From NCBI RefSeq assembly GCF_009914755.1, contig NC_060926.1: a DNA stretch of 64,000 nt; one strand, 5' to 3'. Below the pieces are notes generated by a model, which did no database searches, was not told the origin of the DNA, and saw only the letters and a list, made by a program, of their open reading frames with translations. The translations under genes were made by a program, and so were the position numbers. Position 1 is the first letter of the stretch, and each line of letters starts with the position of its first letter. Of this stretch, positions 27,757 to 40,200 are shown in pieces. The stretch comes from the human T2T-CHM13v2.0 reference genome, Homo sapiens.

Positions 27757-29078
27757 GAAGTCAATACTGTGAATAACACATTAAAATAATAATATCTTAT
27801 TGAAATATCATCTTTTAGGATGAGTAAAGGATTTAGCCAACTAATGTTCATAAAATTATTGCTAATTGTTCTTAGGGAAAAACTAAAGAAAATAATTTAT
27901 TAATGCTAATTTTCTAGTCAATGATGAGTTAAACTCTTTGTATACAAATAATATAACAAAACAAATATTTGGAACTTTTAATGGACACTTTTTGTTACAT
28001 GAGTTGTAGTTGATTGTCTCTTCATAGTAAAGTTATGGTTTGTGATACTGAACTATGCAACTAAAAGTTTGGTGTCATAGTTAATGTTCAATTATAGTGA
28101 AGGAGAAAAGTGACACCAATATATCAAAGATGAAGCTAATCCAATACGTGTACACTAGAGTTGTCTATGTAGCTTACTATTCCAACTCTGAGGGGTACCA
28201 AGAAATATTGTAGTATTTTTGATCTTATTAGTTTCTTCTCTACAAAAAAGTGGATTTGTTATTCTAAGTATCTACCAGTGATCTTTAATAACTTGGACAT
28301 AAATGTATGGAAACTTTACTTTCCATGCCTTTGTACTTTTAGTTGCAACACTTTCTTGGGGGTAACATCTTTTTAAAGTTTACTCACACCGTATAGTGTT
28401 TTATTAATTTAGTTTGAGAACTAAAGAGGTAACATTTCAAGAAGTCCTTAGTTCTAGGAACTGGTAAATGAAGCCACATTCAGTCATTTTGTATGCTTTT
28501 TTTACTCAATAAATATTGATCTTAATATATCACCTAAGCTTTGTGTTTCTCAGCTTAGAAGTTTTAATTGTTTGAGTCTATCTTGATACAGAGTCTAGTC
28601 AACCTCTCTAATGATTCTACATGCTGCTCTCTATACTTCATTCAGTTTAGTTGTACTGTCATTGAGATGTGAATTCATCCAGGAAAAGCAGATACTTTGC
28701 TGCCTCAGACATATCTAATTTTAAAAATGTTTTATTTCCAAAACCCTTTCCTAGGGGTGCCCAGCATTGTGTTTCTCCTTAACTACAGAAGCAAAGTAAG
28801 CTGATTTTAGGAAAAATTGTTTCTAGTTCTTTCTAAACATTGGTTTAGACTTTTAGTAATTGATAAGATCTCATATCTTACACATATATGTCTATATCAC
28901 TGTTCTCTAAGGTTAATCCTTTAACAATGGCACATGTTAAAGATCATACACCAGTTTTCTTTCTACTTAGGCAGTGTTGGAAGTGTTGATGTTGTAGTTG
29001 TTTGTATTTTATTTTCCCTGTAAGCTCAGACAGTTCACTACTGAAGTGAGTTTCATATCACCTACAAACTTGAAACCC

Positions 29079-29080
<2 letters not shown>

Positions 29081-29107
<27 letters not shown>
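29081..29107. repeat. (TG)n microsatellite
   Basis: Directly visible. Confidence 0.95.
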
Positions 29108-29112
<5 letters not shown>

Positions 29113-29209
29113 GTTGGTGTGAAACTTTGTCAAAATGTTTCGAAAGTCTAAATAAATAGCACTCAGTGGTTTCCCTTTGGACATATGCTTATTTCTATAT
29201 TCCCTTCTT

Positions 29210-29500
29210 GATTAATTTTTAGCTTTATTATGGAGGTTTTCAAACACACAAAAGTGGAGAGAAAAGGTTATAAACTACTGTGTACCCATCTTAGCAACAT
29301 GTTGCTTTCTTTTTTGTTGTTGTTATATCTATCCTTTTCCCTCAGTTCTTTTTTCTAGGAATATTTTAAGGTGAATCCTGAATACCATATAATTTCATCC
29401 ATACATACATCTATCTGATAACAGAAAAGTACTCTTTAAGAAATTCAACAGAATTTCCATAACTTCTTAGTATCTGGTCCAAGTCATCTAAATTGTCTCT
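29210..29500 (-). mobile_element. L1M (L1MC-like) 3' end fragment inserted in the CR1 remnant
   Basis: TTTATTATGGAGGTTTTCAAACACACAAAAGTGGAGAGAA...TGTACCCATC...TATTTTAAGGTGAATCCTGAATACCATATAATTTCATCCAT. Confidence 0.65.
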
Positions 29501-30769
29501 CAAAGGTTATTAGCCAAGACTCCTCAATATATAAACCGTAACTCTCATGGATATTGCATCTGTAACTTTTATGGAGATGCCATTATCATATCAAGATTAG
29601 AAATCAGATTGAGAGCCTTTTGTTTCCAGAATCTCCTCTGGAGTCCTTCTTATGGGTGTGAGTCACACTGGCAAGCTGCCATTCTTCTCACATAGTAGTG
29701 GTTATTAACAACAGGTCACACATTTTGGCCACCGGTTCCATATTTTACCCTTGAGTTCCTTTAGCAGTCTTGGGTGAATGCCATCTGGGCCTGGTGATTT
29801 ATTTACATTTCGTTTGCCACTTGGGTCTGGGAAAGTCCTGTTTTCCACTGTTTGTTCCAATTCCTCTGACCTGACGGCTTTAAAGCAAGATGCAAGTGAG
29901 ACTCTTTTCTAAAGTCTTCTTCAGTAAAGACTGAAGCAAACAATTCATCGATCCTTCCTGCTATCACCTTTTCATCCCTGAATGGCCTTTGCATTTTCTA
30001 GCTGGCTTCCTGACTTTGTTATACTTAAAGGGGTTTGCATTTTTGCTTTGGACTCCCCTGTGAGGTGCTCTATTGATTTCTTCATGGACCATTTGTTTTT
30101 AGTTTGCTTCTGACCTGCTCTACATTCCTTTTCTTTGAGAGTAGCAAGTTTTACATTTAAAAATATTTGTATGGCCTTTTCGTGTTACCAACTTGGCATT
30201 TGAGGCTCTTGTTGAAGAGCTCTCTGTTCTGATTGTAGCTCACATTTCTCCTGGTCTCCCAATGAGGTGTTTTAATGTGGTCTCTATGGGGTACTTGTTT
30301 ATTTTGAAAACGTTTCCTACCCATATGTGTACTTTTCTCTTCCTTTCCCTTTCACGAATTGCAAAATCACAAGATGGAAATGGAACTTGAGGCTTTCCCT
30401 GTCCCACTTGAATGTCTGGCTCATAAGTGTAATTGCTGTTAATGAGTGGTTCTCCCACAAGCTACTTCTGGCTTTATTTCACAATCCACTCCTGAGAATC
30501 ATAGGATCCATGTCTAGTTTTGGGAGGTGCTATCCAACTTCCTTCTGTAGCCACAGACCAGCCTTGTGGGCAGTTGTTAAGGCTAGCGTTTCCATACTTG
30601 CATTTAACTGACTGGACAAGGGGGAGAAGTGAGTGGTAACTTGTTCAAAATTTAGGAAGAGCCAACTCGAGATTCATCATTTTATCATTTGGTTTATTAC
30701 TTACAACATGGATAATATGCCACAGATAATTAAGGTTTGATCTTACATGTTGGTTAGATGATATAGAGC

Positions 30770-31081
30770 ATCAGAGTCTAAGAGAAATGTATTGTGCATT
30801 ACATGCCCAACTTAAAATTTTCTGGTTACCATATTCTGAAAAGTAAAAAGCAACAGGTGAAATTTTCAATGATATATTTTATTTAACCCCAGTAGTTAAA
30901 ATGTAATGATCTTAACATGTAATCAATATATACATTATTAATACGATTTTTATATGTTTTATACTAAATCTTTGAAATCCAGTGTGTACTTTCTATTTAC
31001 AGCACATTTCAATTAGAACCAGCCATATGTCAAGTACTTAGTAGCCACATTTGAAAGTGTCTATCATATTGGACAGTGTAG
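30770..31081. mobile_element. MER33-like hAT-Charlie DNA transposon
   Basis: TTAAAATTTTCTGGTTACCAT..AAAGTAAAAAGCAACAGGTGAAAT...AAATCCAGTGTGTA..TACAGCACATTTCAATT..AGCCACAT..ATATTGGACAGTGTAG. Confidence 0.8.
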
Positions 31082-31157
31082 CCTTTGAGAGGGTTATATA
31101 GGGTCCTCCTCAGAAAACAGTCTTTTATTCATGAATTCTACAGAAATCATTCAGAAT

Positions 31158-31192
31158 TCACACACACACACACACACACACACCCACACACC
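31158..31192. repeat. (CA)n microsatellite
   Basis: Directly visible, one interruption. Confidence 0.95.
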
Positions 31193-32138
31193 ATTTTACT
31201 TACATCTGTGATAGCCCATCAGAGTAACAAACTCTGAAGGAGGCATTTTACCTGACAAGAACAAAGTTGATGAATATATTTAACTGTATTACTCTAATGT
31301 ACTTGGTATATCTCCTCTAATTAAAATAAGATTATCTTACAACTTATGAAATGAAGATCTGGCATAATAGACTTAGAATATGATGAAAATGTTTTCATTA
31401 ACTGCAAAGATACCCTGCAAGGCACGGCATTTTATCTCAAGTCCCCGATAACATTAATATACCCTTTTAATCTCTGAAGCATTTAAGACTTAATAGGAAC
31501 TCCTTAAAGAATGACAGAATTGTAAGACTTTACAAGGTTGCTTTAATTGGAAAGTCCTTACAGCCCTCCATGATTTTGAACAAGTATAAAATAAAATTCT
31601 TCATTGGTGGAATGTACGAGTATAGTCTTGTTTACTCTGCGCAAAACTCAAAAGCCAGACGTGGGGGTGGGTGTAAAAGAAAGGAAAGTAGGGGTTAATG
31701 GTGTTTTCCGGTGATTGTCCTTAGCTTCAGTTATAGCATGTGACTTGGCTGCTCTTCCTGCTAGGGGCTGTGTGTACATAAGTTGGGAACTCAGTGCATG
31801 TGGTTTGGGAATTTTATCATCACTCTACAAAGCAATTTTTGAGAAAACTGCAGTTACTAGATCTCTACCTTCTTTCACATCATTTTTTTGCATGTGTGTA
31901 TTTATTTGTTGCTTTTCTCTAATAGATGAGCTATGTACACAGATAGTAAATATTATTTTGTTATCTGCATTACTGCAGATCCCATTTGCCATTCAAATTA
32001 CAGAATGCAATATTGGGGATTCCATTGAGTGCTTTATCCCATTACCCACACTTGATGTTGAATAGATAGATATAGCAATATTCTACTGAGGATTGGGACA
32101 ACTGGAGTTTATTTCTCCCCTTTCCAATTGGTAATACC

Positions 32139-32311
32139 GGCCAGGCACAGTGGCTCCTGCCTGTAATCCCAGCACTTGGGAGGCTGAGGTAGGCGGATCA
32201 CTTGAGGCCAGGAGTTCGAGAACAGCCAGGCAGAGGTTGCAGTGAGTTGAGATCAGGCCACTGCACTCCAGCCTGGGTGATGGAGTGCAATTCTCTCTCA
32301 GGAAAAAAAAA
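32139..32311 (+). mobile_element. Internally deleted Alu (left-arm 5' part fused to right-arm 3' part)
   Basis: GGAGTTCGAGAACAGCC joined to AGGCAGAGGTTGCAGTGAG; short A-tail; AATACC on both flanks. Confidence 0.9.
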
Positions 32312-33119
32312 TACCCACTTTGGGTGACTCAATATTTATTTTGTTTTGTCTTACTTTTATAGCTATTCTAATGGAACAGCTTAGAGCTCATTAGGGAAAA
32401 GTTGCTACATTAATCTGAGAGACCAATATGGTAATACCTCGTTACACTAGTGAGAAAATGATATTCTTTGGAATTGTCTCAAGTACGTGTTCCCTTTTGA
32501 CATGATAACACTATTAGCCTGTAATGTTTTGTCCTGTAACTTTTGGTCTACACAAAACTTTTAGTGAACAATCTATATGCCCTTCTGACCCTCCACTCTG
32601 CTAGATCCAATATGACTTTTCAAAGGAAATAAACAAGAGTCCTGAGATAAAGACGCTAACATCTGCTTGCATTAAATGAGATAGGAGGGAGGAGGAGGAA
32701 AGTTGAATAAAGCATATTGGAAGAGCTCCTTACATAGTGGGCCTCCAGCTTTAGTGGATGAACATAGAAGCAACTGTGGGAGTTCAGCCCCACCCTTGGA
32801 GAGTTTCATTCAGTATACTTGATCAAATGAATCTGAAATTTAACTCATGCTCTGGATGGTTATGAAGTCAGTGATATGGACACTTCAGTTGGGAAACATT
32901 GCCAGGATCAGCAGAAAGACCACAAGATCCCTTTATTTTATACCGATTCCTGGGCTCTAGCAGCTGACCAGTGTAGAGGGTTTTATTTCTTTGTCTTGCT
33001 TCAATTCTCTTAGACTTTGACTTACTGACTATATAGCTTCTCATCCATTTTGTGGAGTCTCTGGTGGAACAAGCATTCATACTTCTAATGGCCTATTTAC
33101 TTGGTGTGAAGCCCTTGGC

Positions 33120-33413
<294 letters not shown>

Positions 33414-34309
33414 CAGCCCTTGGCTTTTGACCCTGCTCCTGATCACATCCCTGTCTTATCTGTTGCCTTCCACCTGGATCCCTGAGTTTCCTGTTACCTT
33501 TAGCCAGAAACCCTGGTCAGTTTAAGCATCACCTGTCATTCAGTTTAATGGACTCAATTTTAGCATTCCCTGATACTCCATTATCCTGGAAACCTGCACA
33601 GTCATTGAAAACCCATCACCCTCAGGGTGAGCTTGGGTAAAACAGATAGGTTAGTTGTACTAACTGCAAGCTTAAAAATTTTTTTTTAGTTAGCGAATTT
33701 GTGGCTGTGGAAAGACAAAAAGAGGAAGCAATGTATAGTGGTCACAATGGCTCAAATAAACACCTCTGCTGAGAACATCATGGAGGTTAAATTGTGCCTG
33801 ACACATAGCAAAGGCACTAGGTCTGCAGGTCTTAAGAGAAGTTGTCTGACAACATCATTCTAAAAGCAATCAGATCTGTGGAGCTGGTGCCAATAAAACA
33901 ATGCCATTATAGGCTGATTTTCCAAACATTCTAAACAGAAACTCTTTCTTAGAACAAAATGGTCTTTTTTTCCTTATTTGACTAGCATTCAGAATGCTGG
34001 TCCTCAGCTACAACTGAGCTTCCAAGGCCTTATTACCAAGATGCCAAGAGACCCAGACTGAGCAGTGCTCATACTCACATTGACCTTTTCTCCTCCCTGG
34101 AGCTTTCTTTGCTCGTTTGAACTTTTGGTTGACTCACCTTTTTACTTAGTGCAAGCCCCCAGGTCAGAAGGAATTCCTTTTGGGTTGTGAGATGGCTTGG
34201 TAATGTGATTGGGTTCATAAGAACTAAGAGTTTTTGTGTGTGTTTATTCAATCAAGAACTGATTGGCTTAAAACTGAGCTCACTTCAATATTTAAGAATT
34301 TTTTTAAGA

Positions 34310-34480
34310 TGTGGGCAGGCAGATGATTTTCATCAGAATCCCCTAGAGATCTTTATTAAATATTTAAATTCCCAGGTCCTTTCTGGATCAACTGAATCTG
34401 AATTGATGGGACTACTATCAAAACAACTTCTTAAGGTGATTCTCATGCACACACAAAAATATTGAAATGTATTACTCCAG
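34310..34480. mobile_element. MER5-like DNA transposon
   Basis: CATCAGAATCCCCTAGAG..TTATTAAA..ATTCCCAGG..ACTGAATCTGAA..AGGTGATTCTCATGCACAC. Confidence 0.7.
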
Positions 34481-35638
34481 TTGCCAGATGTCATTTTTAT
34501 AATTTAAAGTACTTATGAGATTTTTAACAAATGTGAAGCAAAGAGCAATACCACTTAGTGTACACTGTTTTAACACAGCTTCAGGAGTATATGAACACAT
34601 TTCAGGGCAGATGCACAGTGTTCCTATTTGTGTACCTAATGACTTGTGTTAAACAAAAGCCATTCACTGCCTGTAAAGGTATGTTTATGACTTCTTCACT
34701 ACTACAACTGTTGTTGCCCTTATTTGGCACGAACATTACTAGGGTGTTATAACTTCTTATCAGACAGTCATTCACTGAGTGAATAAAACTTACTTACAGC
34801 AAAGGGATAAAAGTCCAATGACAAGGAAAACTATACCCTCCCTACAATGTTAGAAAGCATCTCTAGGTAGCTTTTCTGCTTATGATAGCCTGACCAAAGT
34901 GTGGCAATAGTGAGTATTACTGAATAAAATCAAGACAACTGTGTCATACATATTAAATCTTAGTTCCACTTTGAAGTCCTTAAGCAATTATAATAATAAG
35001 AGGCCAAATAGGTAATTGTCATAAATGACATACACATGTAGCTTTATGGGGTTTCAATGTGGCTTGAGCACATTGTGTGTAGACTGTGAACCACACTGAT
35101 GAATTAATTTGAACTTCAAATGGTACTTTTGGCTATGTTGAGGTGAGCTGTGAGTAGTTCATAGGAAGTTATGATTCCCATGGGTGGGATAAATCGGATG
35201 AGAAAGACTGGAAGCCGGCAGAACTTTCAGGAAGCCACTGTGGCCTGCCTGGCTGTTAGCTTTGCTCTTCTTTTCCAGAATCTGTATCTCTATACGTTTT
35301 TTACCATGTAATACTCCCAACGCCCAGCTGATTGGTCAAGGGGAGGGTAGCTGATTCCAGTTGGATCAATCAAGTTATCTCTCAAGAATATAGAATTTTG
35401 GACTAAGAGACCCAAGAAGGGACTACGAGACCCAAGATGGTAGAGCTAGAGAGAGAGCTCAACTAACTCCTGCTGTTGGCTACTGTGGCTCCTAGCTTTC
35501 CTAGACTTTTTGGTAAAACCTTTATTGAACTTATGAAATTTGAGGTATTTGACCTTTCACAATTGCAGGATCTGCTTAAGCAGCCTCTATAAGATTGTAA
35601 ACTAAACATACATATGGCCCAGAAGTCAGAGATGCTGA

Positions 35639-35749
35639 AGGGGAAAGCCCCGTGGGAAGGTGGAACAGCTGTTGGAGGGGAAAGCCCCATGGGAAGGTGG
35701 AACAGCTGTTGGAGGGGAAAGCCCCATGGGAAGGTGGAACAGTTGTGGG
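35639..35749. repeat. Minisatellite, 3 x 37 bp
   Basis: Unit AGGGGAAAGCCCCATGGGAAGGTGGAACAGCTGTTGG starting at 35639, 35676 and 35713; 1 substitution in copy 1, 2 in copy 3. Confidence 0.97.
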
Positions 35750-35919
35750 CCTGGCCACTGCCTTGTGCTGATGAGTAACTGCCAGGTCAGCAAGGCTGTT
35801 TGTGTCTCCATTTCCACAATCCATCTTTCCTTTGAGAGTCACAGAATGCAGAACCCATTCAGAGGATCCTTAAAATTCTGTTTCTAGAGTCACTCTGGAA
35901 TTAAAATGAAGTGGTGGAT

Positions 35920-36397
35920 TTTCACATAACATATTACCCCAAAAGTTAGTAGCTGAGAAAAACAAACCATAGTTTCTGTGGGTCAAGAATCTGGGAGCCA
36001 CTTAGCTGGGGGGTTCTGGCTCAGGGTCTCTTGCAGACTGCAATTAAGATATTGGCTGGAACCATGGTCATCTGAAAGACCAACTATAGAAGGATCCACT
36101 TCCAAGCTCACTCCTGTGGTTATTGAAAGGCCTCAGGTCCTGGCTGCATGGGCTGCTTCACAATGTAGCAGCTGGCTTTCCCCAGAGAGAATCAATAAGA
36201 ATGGGTGAGAGACAGCAAGCAGCCAAGACTGAAGCCATTGTTTAAAAATAACCTAATCTTAGAAGTGACATCCCGTTACTTTTGACATATTCTATGCATT
36301 AGAACTCAATAAATATAGCCAACACACAAGGGACGGGGGTTGCACAGAGCTTGAATACCAGTGAGGATCATGGGGCTATTTGAGGCTGCCTACCATA
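35920..36397 (-). mobile_element. MLT1F-like MaLR LTR, apparently inside an older LTR16-like element (~35300-36480)
   Basis: AGTTTCTGTGGGTCAAGAATCTGGGAGC..CTTAGCTGGG..TCTGGCTCAGGGTCTCT...GGATCCACTTCCAAGCTCACTC...GAAGTGACATCCC...GAGGCTGCCTACCATA. Confidence 0.8.
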
Positions 36398-36589
36398 ACC
36401 CTAGATTAGTTTTCTTTTTGTCTTATGTGAAACTTGAATTGTTTGCTGTTACGTAAAACTGAATAAATCTTCCCTAATATGATAGAATTGCAATAGTCTA
36501 GGTAAGAGTTTGGGTTTTACAGTGATAAGGGCAAGAGACAGACTAATACAATAAATATTATGAAGTTAGAATTGATCATCTTGGCAATA

Positions 36590-37200
36590 CTGTGCAGTAG
36601 TTCAGAGTTAGAAAAATAGTATTACACTTTGACCATTGCGTTTATTAGATACTTGACCTGGGGCAAGTGCTAAACCAATTTTAAGTCATAGTTTTCTCAC
36701 CTAAAAAAGGGTAGCTATCTTATAGAGAACATGGCACACCCAAGCAGGGTGACTGAGAAAAGTTTAACAAAGCGAATGTTTACCACGGTATGGGCAGGAT
36801 TAAAGCAAAGAGCCAGGGATGGTGATGTGGATCAGTTACCACCCCTAGGACTGAGGAAGAATACGTAGGGAACTGTAGCTTTAGGAGACACTGCTGGTTA
36901 GGGTTTTGGATAGAAGGACATAGCCAACTTGCTGTGACAGGGCAGAGAGGCAGTAGCATCCTGACCTTATTTTTTTCTTTCCCACCAATATGCTTCAAGT
37001 GACTTGCATGTAAGCTGAACCCATCCAGAAACCTGAAGACAAAGAAGTGTGAAGATGCTGTCCAGAGTGGTCAGCCTCCCAGGGCACAGACACTGGCTCT
37101 GAGGGGCAGATGAAAATTATTCAGCATAGCCTGTAAAGCACTTAACACTAATTATGTCGAAGAGTAAGAGCTCAATAAGTGACAACTATTATTATAATGA
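36590..37200. mobile_element. MIR (+) split by an old MLT1-type LTR (~36725-37128)
   Basis: TGACCTGGGGCAAGTGCTAAACC..AGTTTTCTCACCTAAAAAAGGG, then LTR-like sequence ending GAGGGGCAGATGAAAATTATTCAGCATA, then MIR tail TGTAAAGCACTTAACAC..GTAAGAGCTCAATAA. Confidence 0.6.
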
Positions 37201-40200
37201 TTATTGCCCGCTAATGGGATCTGTGAATGGTGATAAGCTGGGTGAGAATGTATGTGTGGGAAACTTTGATGAAACCTCATTTTTTCCTACCCAGGAAGAC
37301 TGGATCTATGTGTCCCAGTATTAGGAAATTCGGGCAGAGTGGAGTTTATTGAATTGCCTAGCATCATTTACCTAGGCCAAACTAAGAGAAGAACCTCATT
37401 CAATACAATACTCTATTCCCTGGCCCATTAACAAGAGTTCTTTTCTTCATTTTCTGACCATTTTGGAATGGTGGAAAGCTCCCTATTTGATTTCTAGAAA
37501 CTCTCGAGATAAGCCTTCCGCTCTACCTTTGAGAGCTGGTCTTGCTAAGCATGGCAGGTTGCTCCAGCAAGGCCCTTCTGTCCAACTCTCCTCCCACCCA
37601 GCTGCCTGCCTCTTTCAGTTCAAGTATCTGTGAAAGGTGACACTCCCACATAATTCAGTGCAGAGTATTCTGGGATTTCCTAAGCAGCAGGCTGGCAACC
37701 AGCACCAGATGGAGAAGCTGTGTAACACCGAGTGGAGGCTGCAAAGAGAGGTAGGCAATGAGGCAGATAGCCAAGTGGGCAGTCTGGGAAATGGAGGGCC
37801 AAAAAGCAGGCAGAGCTCTTGCTGCCAAGATAGAAAGATTTTTATGAAGTTGTAAATTTCACATTGCCACCTTTCTTCTTCCCACCCTCTCCCCCACAAC
37901 CTATCTCCAAATTCAGCAACTCTCATTTACCCATTTTTCCAAGGTAGTAATGTGTCATCACTGCCCCCAAGTCTGATGTTCCCCGTAAGGCTGAACTTCA
38001 GCAACTCTATTGTGCCTTTAAGGAAGAAATCAACATGGTACAGATGGTATTTCAAACATATTTGTTTCTATGTCATCTGCTCTGAACATAAATATCAATT
38101 CAGTAACTTCACTGTTGTAAGTGATAAGTTGAAACATCATCAGTTGTTTTTCAGTTAAATGACAGTAACAAAATGAAAAATCACCATTAAAAAGGCTATA
38201 TTTGCATATTTTTATGCTGTCAAAGAACATGGCACTAATGTAGCATAAGGAGAATTCTTAAACAGAAACATTACCGTTTTCAAAATCTAAAGAAGATCAA
38301 AAGATAAATGCTGAAATTTCATTTATAAAAAGAAATGGAACAGTTATTTCATGGCAGAATAATAAAAGCACTTTCTAGTGGCATTTTTAATAGCATATTA
38401 ATTCAAAATTGTAATTTTGAGGAGTGATTCCATCTACATAAACACCAAATGCATTTTAAATGCTTAGTATTATCATGACTAGAAATTAAATTAATAATGC
38501 TAGGATAGTTAAATCTGATGTAACTTTCTTAAATCTTTGTAATTACACGAATTTTAATCTACATTCATGTTGAACTCTCATCCTGAACTTTGTTTGTTGT
38601 TTAAATTTTTCAAAGAACTGAACATTCCTTCGCTTTTAGGAGGTTTGCTTTGGGAAGTTAACTTTCAAAGACATTTATAGTAATTTGAACCCAACAAGCA
38701 TTTTAATAGCTGTAGGGCCTGACTGGTCTAAGACACATATACACACACACAATCATATTGTCAGTAATTGTCTTGCTATGTTGCTGATTTTATTTTAACT
38801 AAGATGGCTGAACTGAAATAGGTACCATTTTAATCCTGACTGAATGAAGGATTCTTTTCAATCTAAGTTATAATATCTGAGCAAAATTTCATAAAATCAA
38901 GACACCCATAAGTCAGGGGAAAAGATTTCTCTCCTCCATTAAAGAAGACTATAAAAGTACTACAAAAGGTTTTGGTAAACGATTCCTTAGGAAGAGTTCT
39001 TTGTTTCTTTTCTTCTCTTTCAAGTGTACAACAGGATGGTCAGCAAGTCTAATCCTGCTGATCGTAAGGCCTTTAATGAGACATAGGGCAGCAGGTAGTC
39101 TAGATTTCAAAAGGTACATACTATTTAGGGCTTCATAGACTCAGAGTCAAACCTAGAATTTGATTGTCTAATGTATGAGTATCTAGGGTAATTCATAAAA
39201 AGTGGACAATTCTCCCAGGTAATGTAAACACTATTCAAAACATTAAGCAATGTGCTTTGTTTCACCACCTTACTACTTGGCAAGCTTTTGTTAGTATTGT
39301 ACAGGTCCTTGGGTCTCTTTGTTTCCTAGACTATATTCAGCCTTCAAAAGTGATTAGGACATGCGACTGATTCTGTAATACAGCATAAAACAAGGCAGAT
39401 TGTGCTTCACACAGGATTATCCTTCACTGCCAGAACACCCTGCTGCCAAAATGTCAGTGTGGTGGAGTCCTTGGCCATAATAGCTATGGCCATTGTAGTG
39501 CCCAGATGAGATTTTTCAAAGGCTGTGCAAAACAGCCGCCTTACCAAACCTGGTGTTTGTGCTTTCAGACTTGGATCCTCATTACCCCTTTCCCTAGGCC
39601 TCCCAAACCCCAAACTCAAGAATGGAAAAAAATCAAGGAAATGCTAAATTGTAGATTTCCATAGTCAGAAATTATTTATTTTGATAGCTTGATTTCAACT
39701 GGAAAACCATGGTGATATTTGTTAAACAAACAAACAAACAAACAAAAAAGGAACCAGCAACTAGTGTGTATTATTCATAGGTAGCTTGGCTTCAGAGATT
39801 TCCTTGCAGTTTGTTTTTAGAGCAAATCTCTGCTCAGAAGTAGAAAATGCATGGCTAACATTCTGCCTCAATTCCCATGTACGCAATATGGAAGTCCTTG
39901 CAGTTGGCACATCCCTTTATAGTTAGCTAAGGTTGTCCTTGCACTGAATTTGTTGTCCCTAATATAGTTCTGTCCCCATTGCCTCTTTCTGGAATAGTTC
40001 ATTGGACCCAGGACAGATTTGAATGGATCCAATTCACAATAACAAACACAACATGATATCTGCTTGGATTTCTAGTTTACTTTTTTTATACCAAAGAAGG
40101 AAAGAGTAATCAAATTTTAATAATAAATGTGCAAACACATAATAGTAACATATACAATTAAAAACAGTTTTATTTCCGGTAGTATCTTATGGATTTTTTC

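Larger units (their letters stand above)
28530..30620 (-). mobile_element. Ancient CR1/L3 LINE ORF2 remnant, interrupted
   Basis: Minus-strand translation gives KSPGPDGIHPRLLKELK (29800-29750) and DELFASVFTEE (ORF 29803-29994), both hallmark CR1 ORF2 motifs upstream of the RT core. Outer boundaries approximate. Confidence 0.8.

Noticed and set aside
35463-35887. ORFs with repeated peptides (PPTAVPPSHGAF)
   Set aside because: Produced by the 37-bp repeat, whose length is not a multiple of 3; no splice context.
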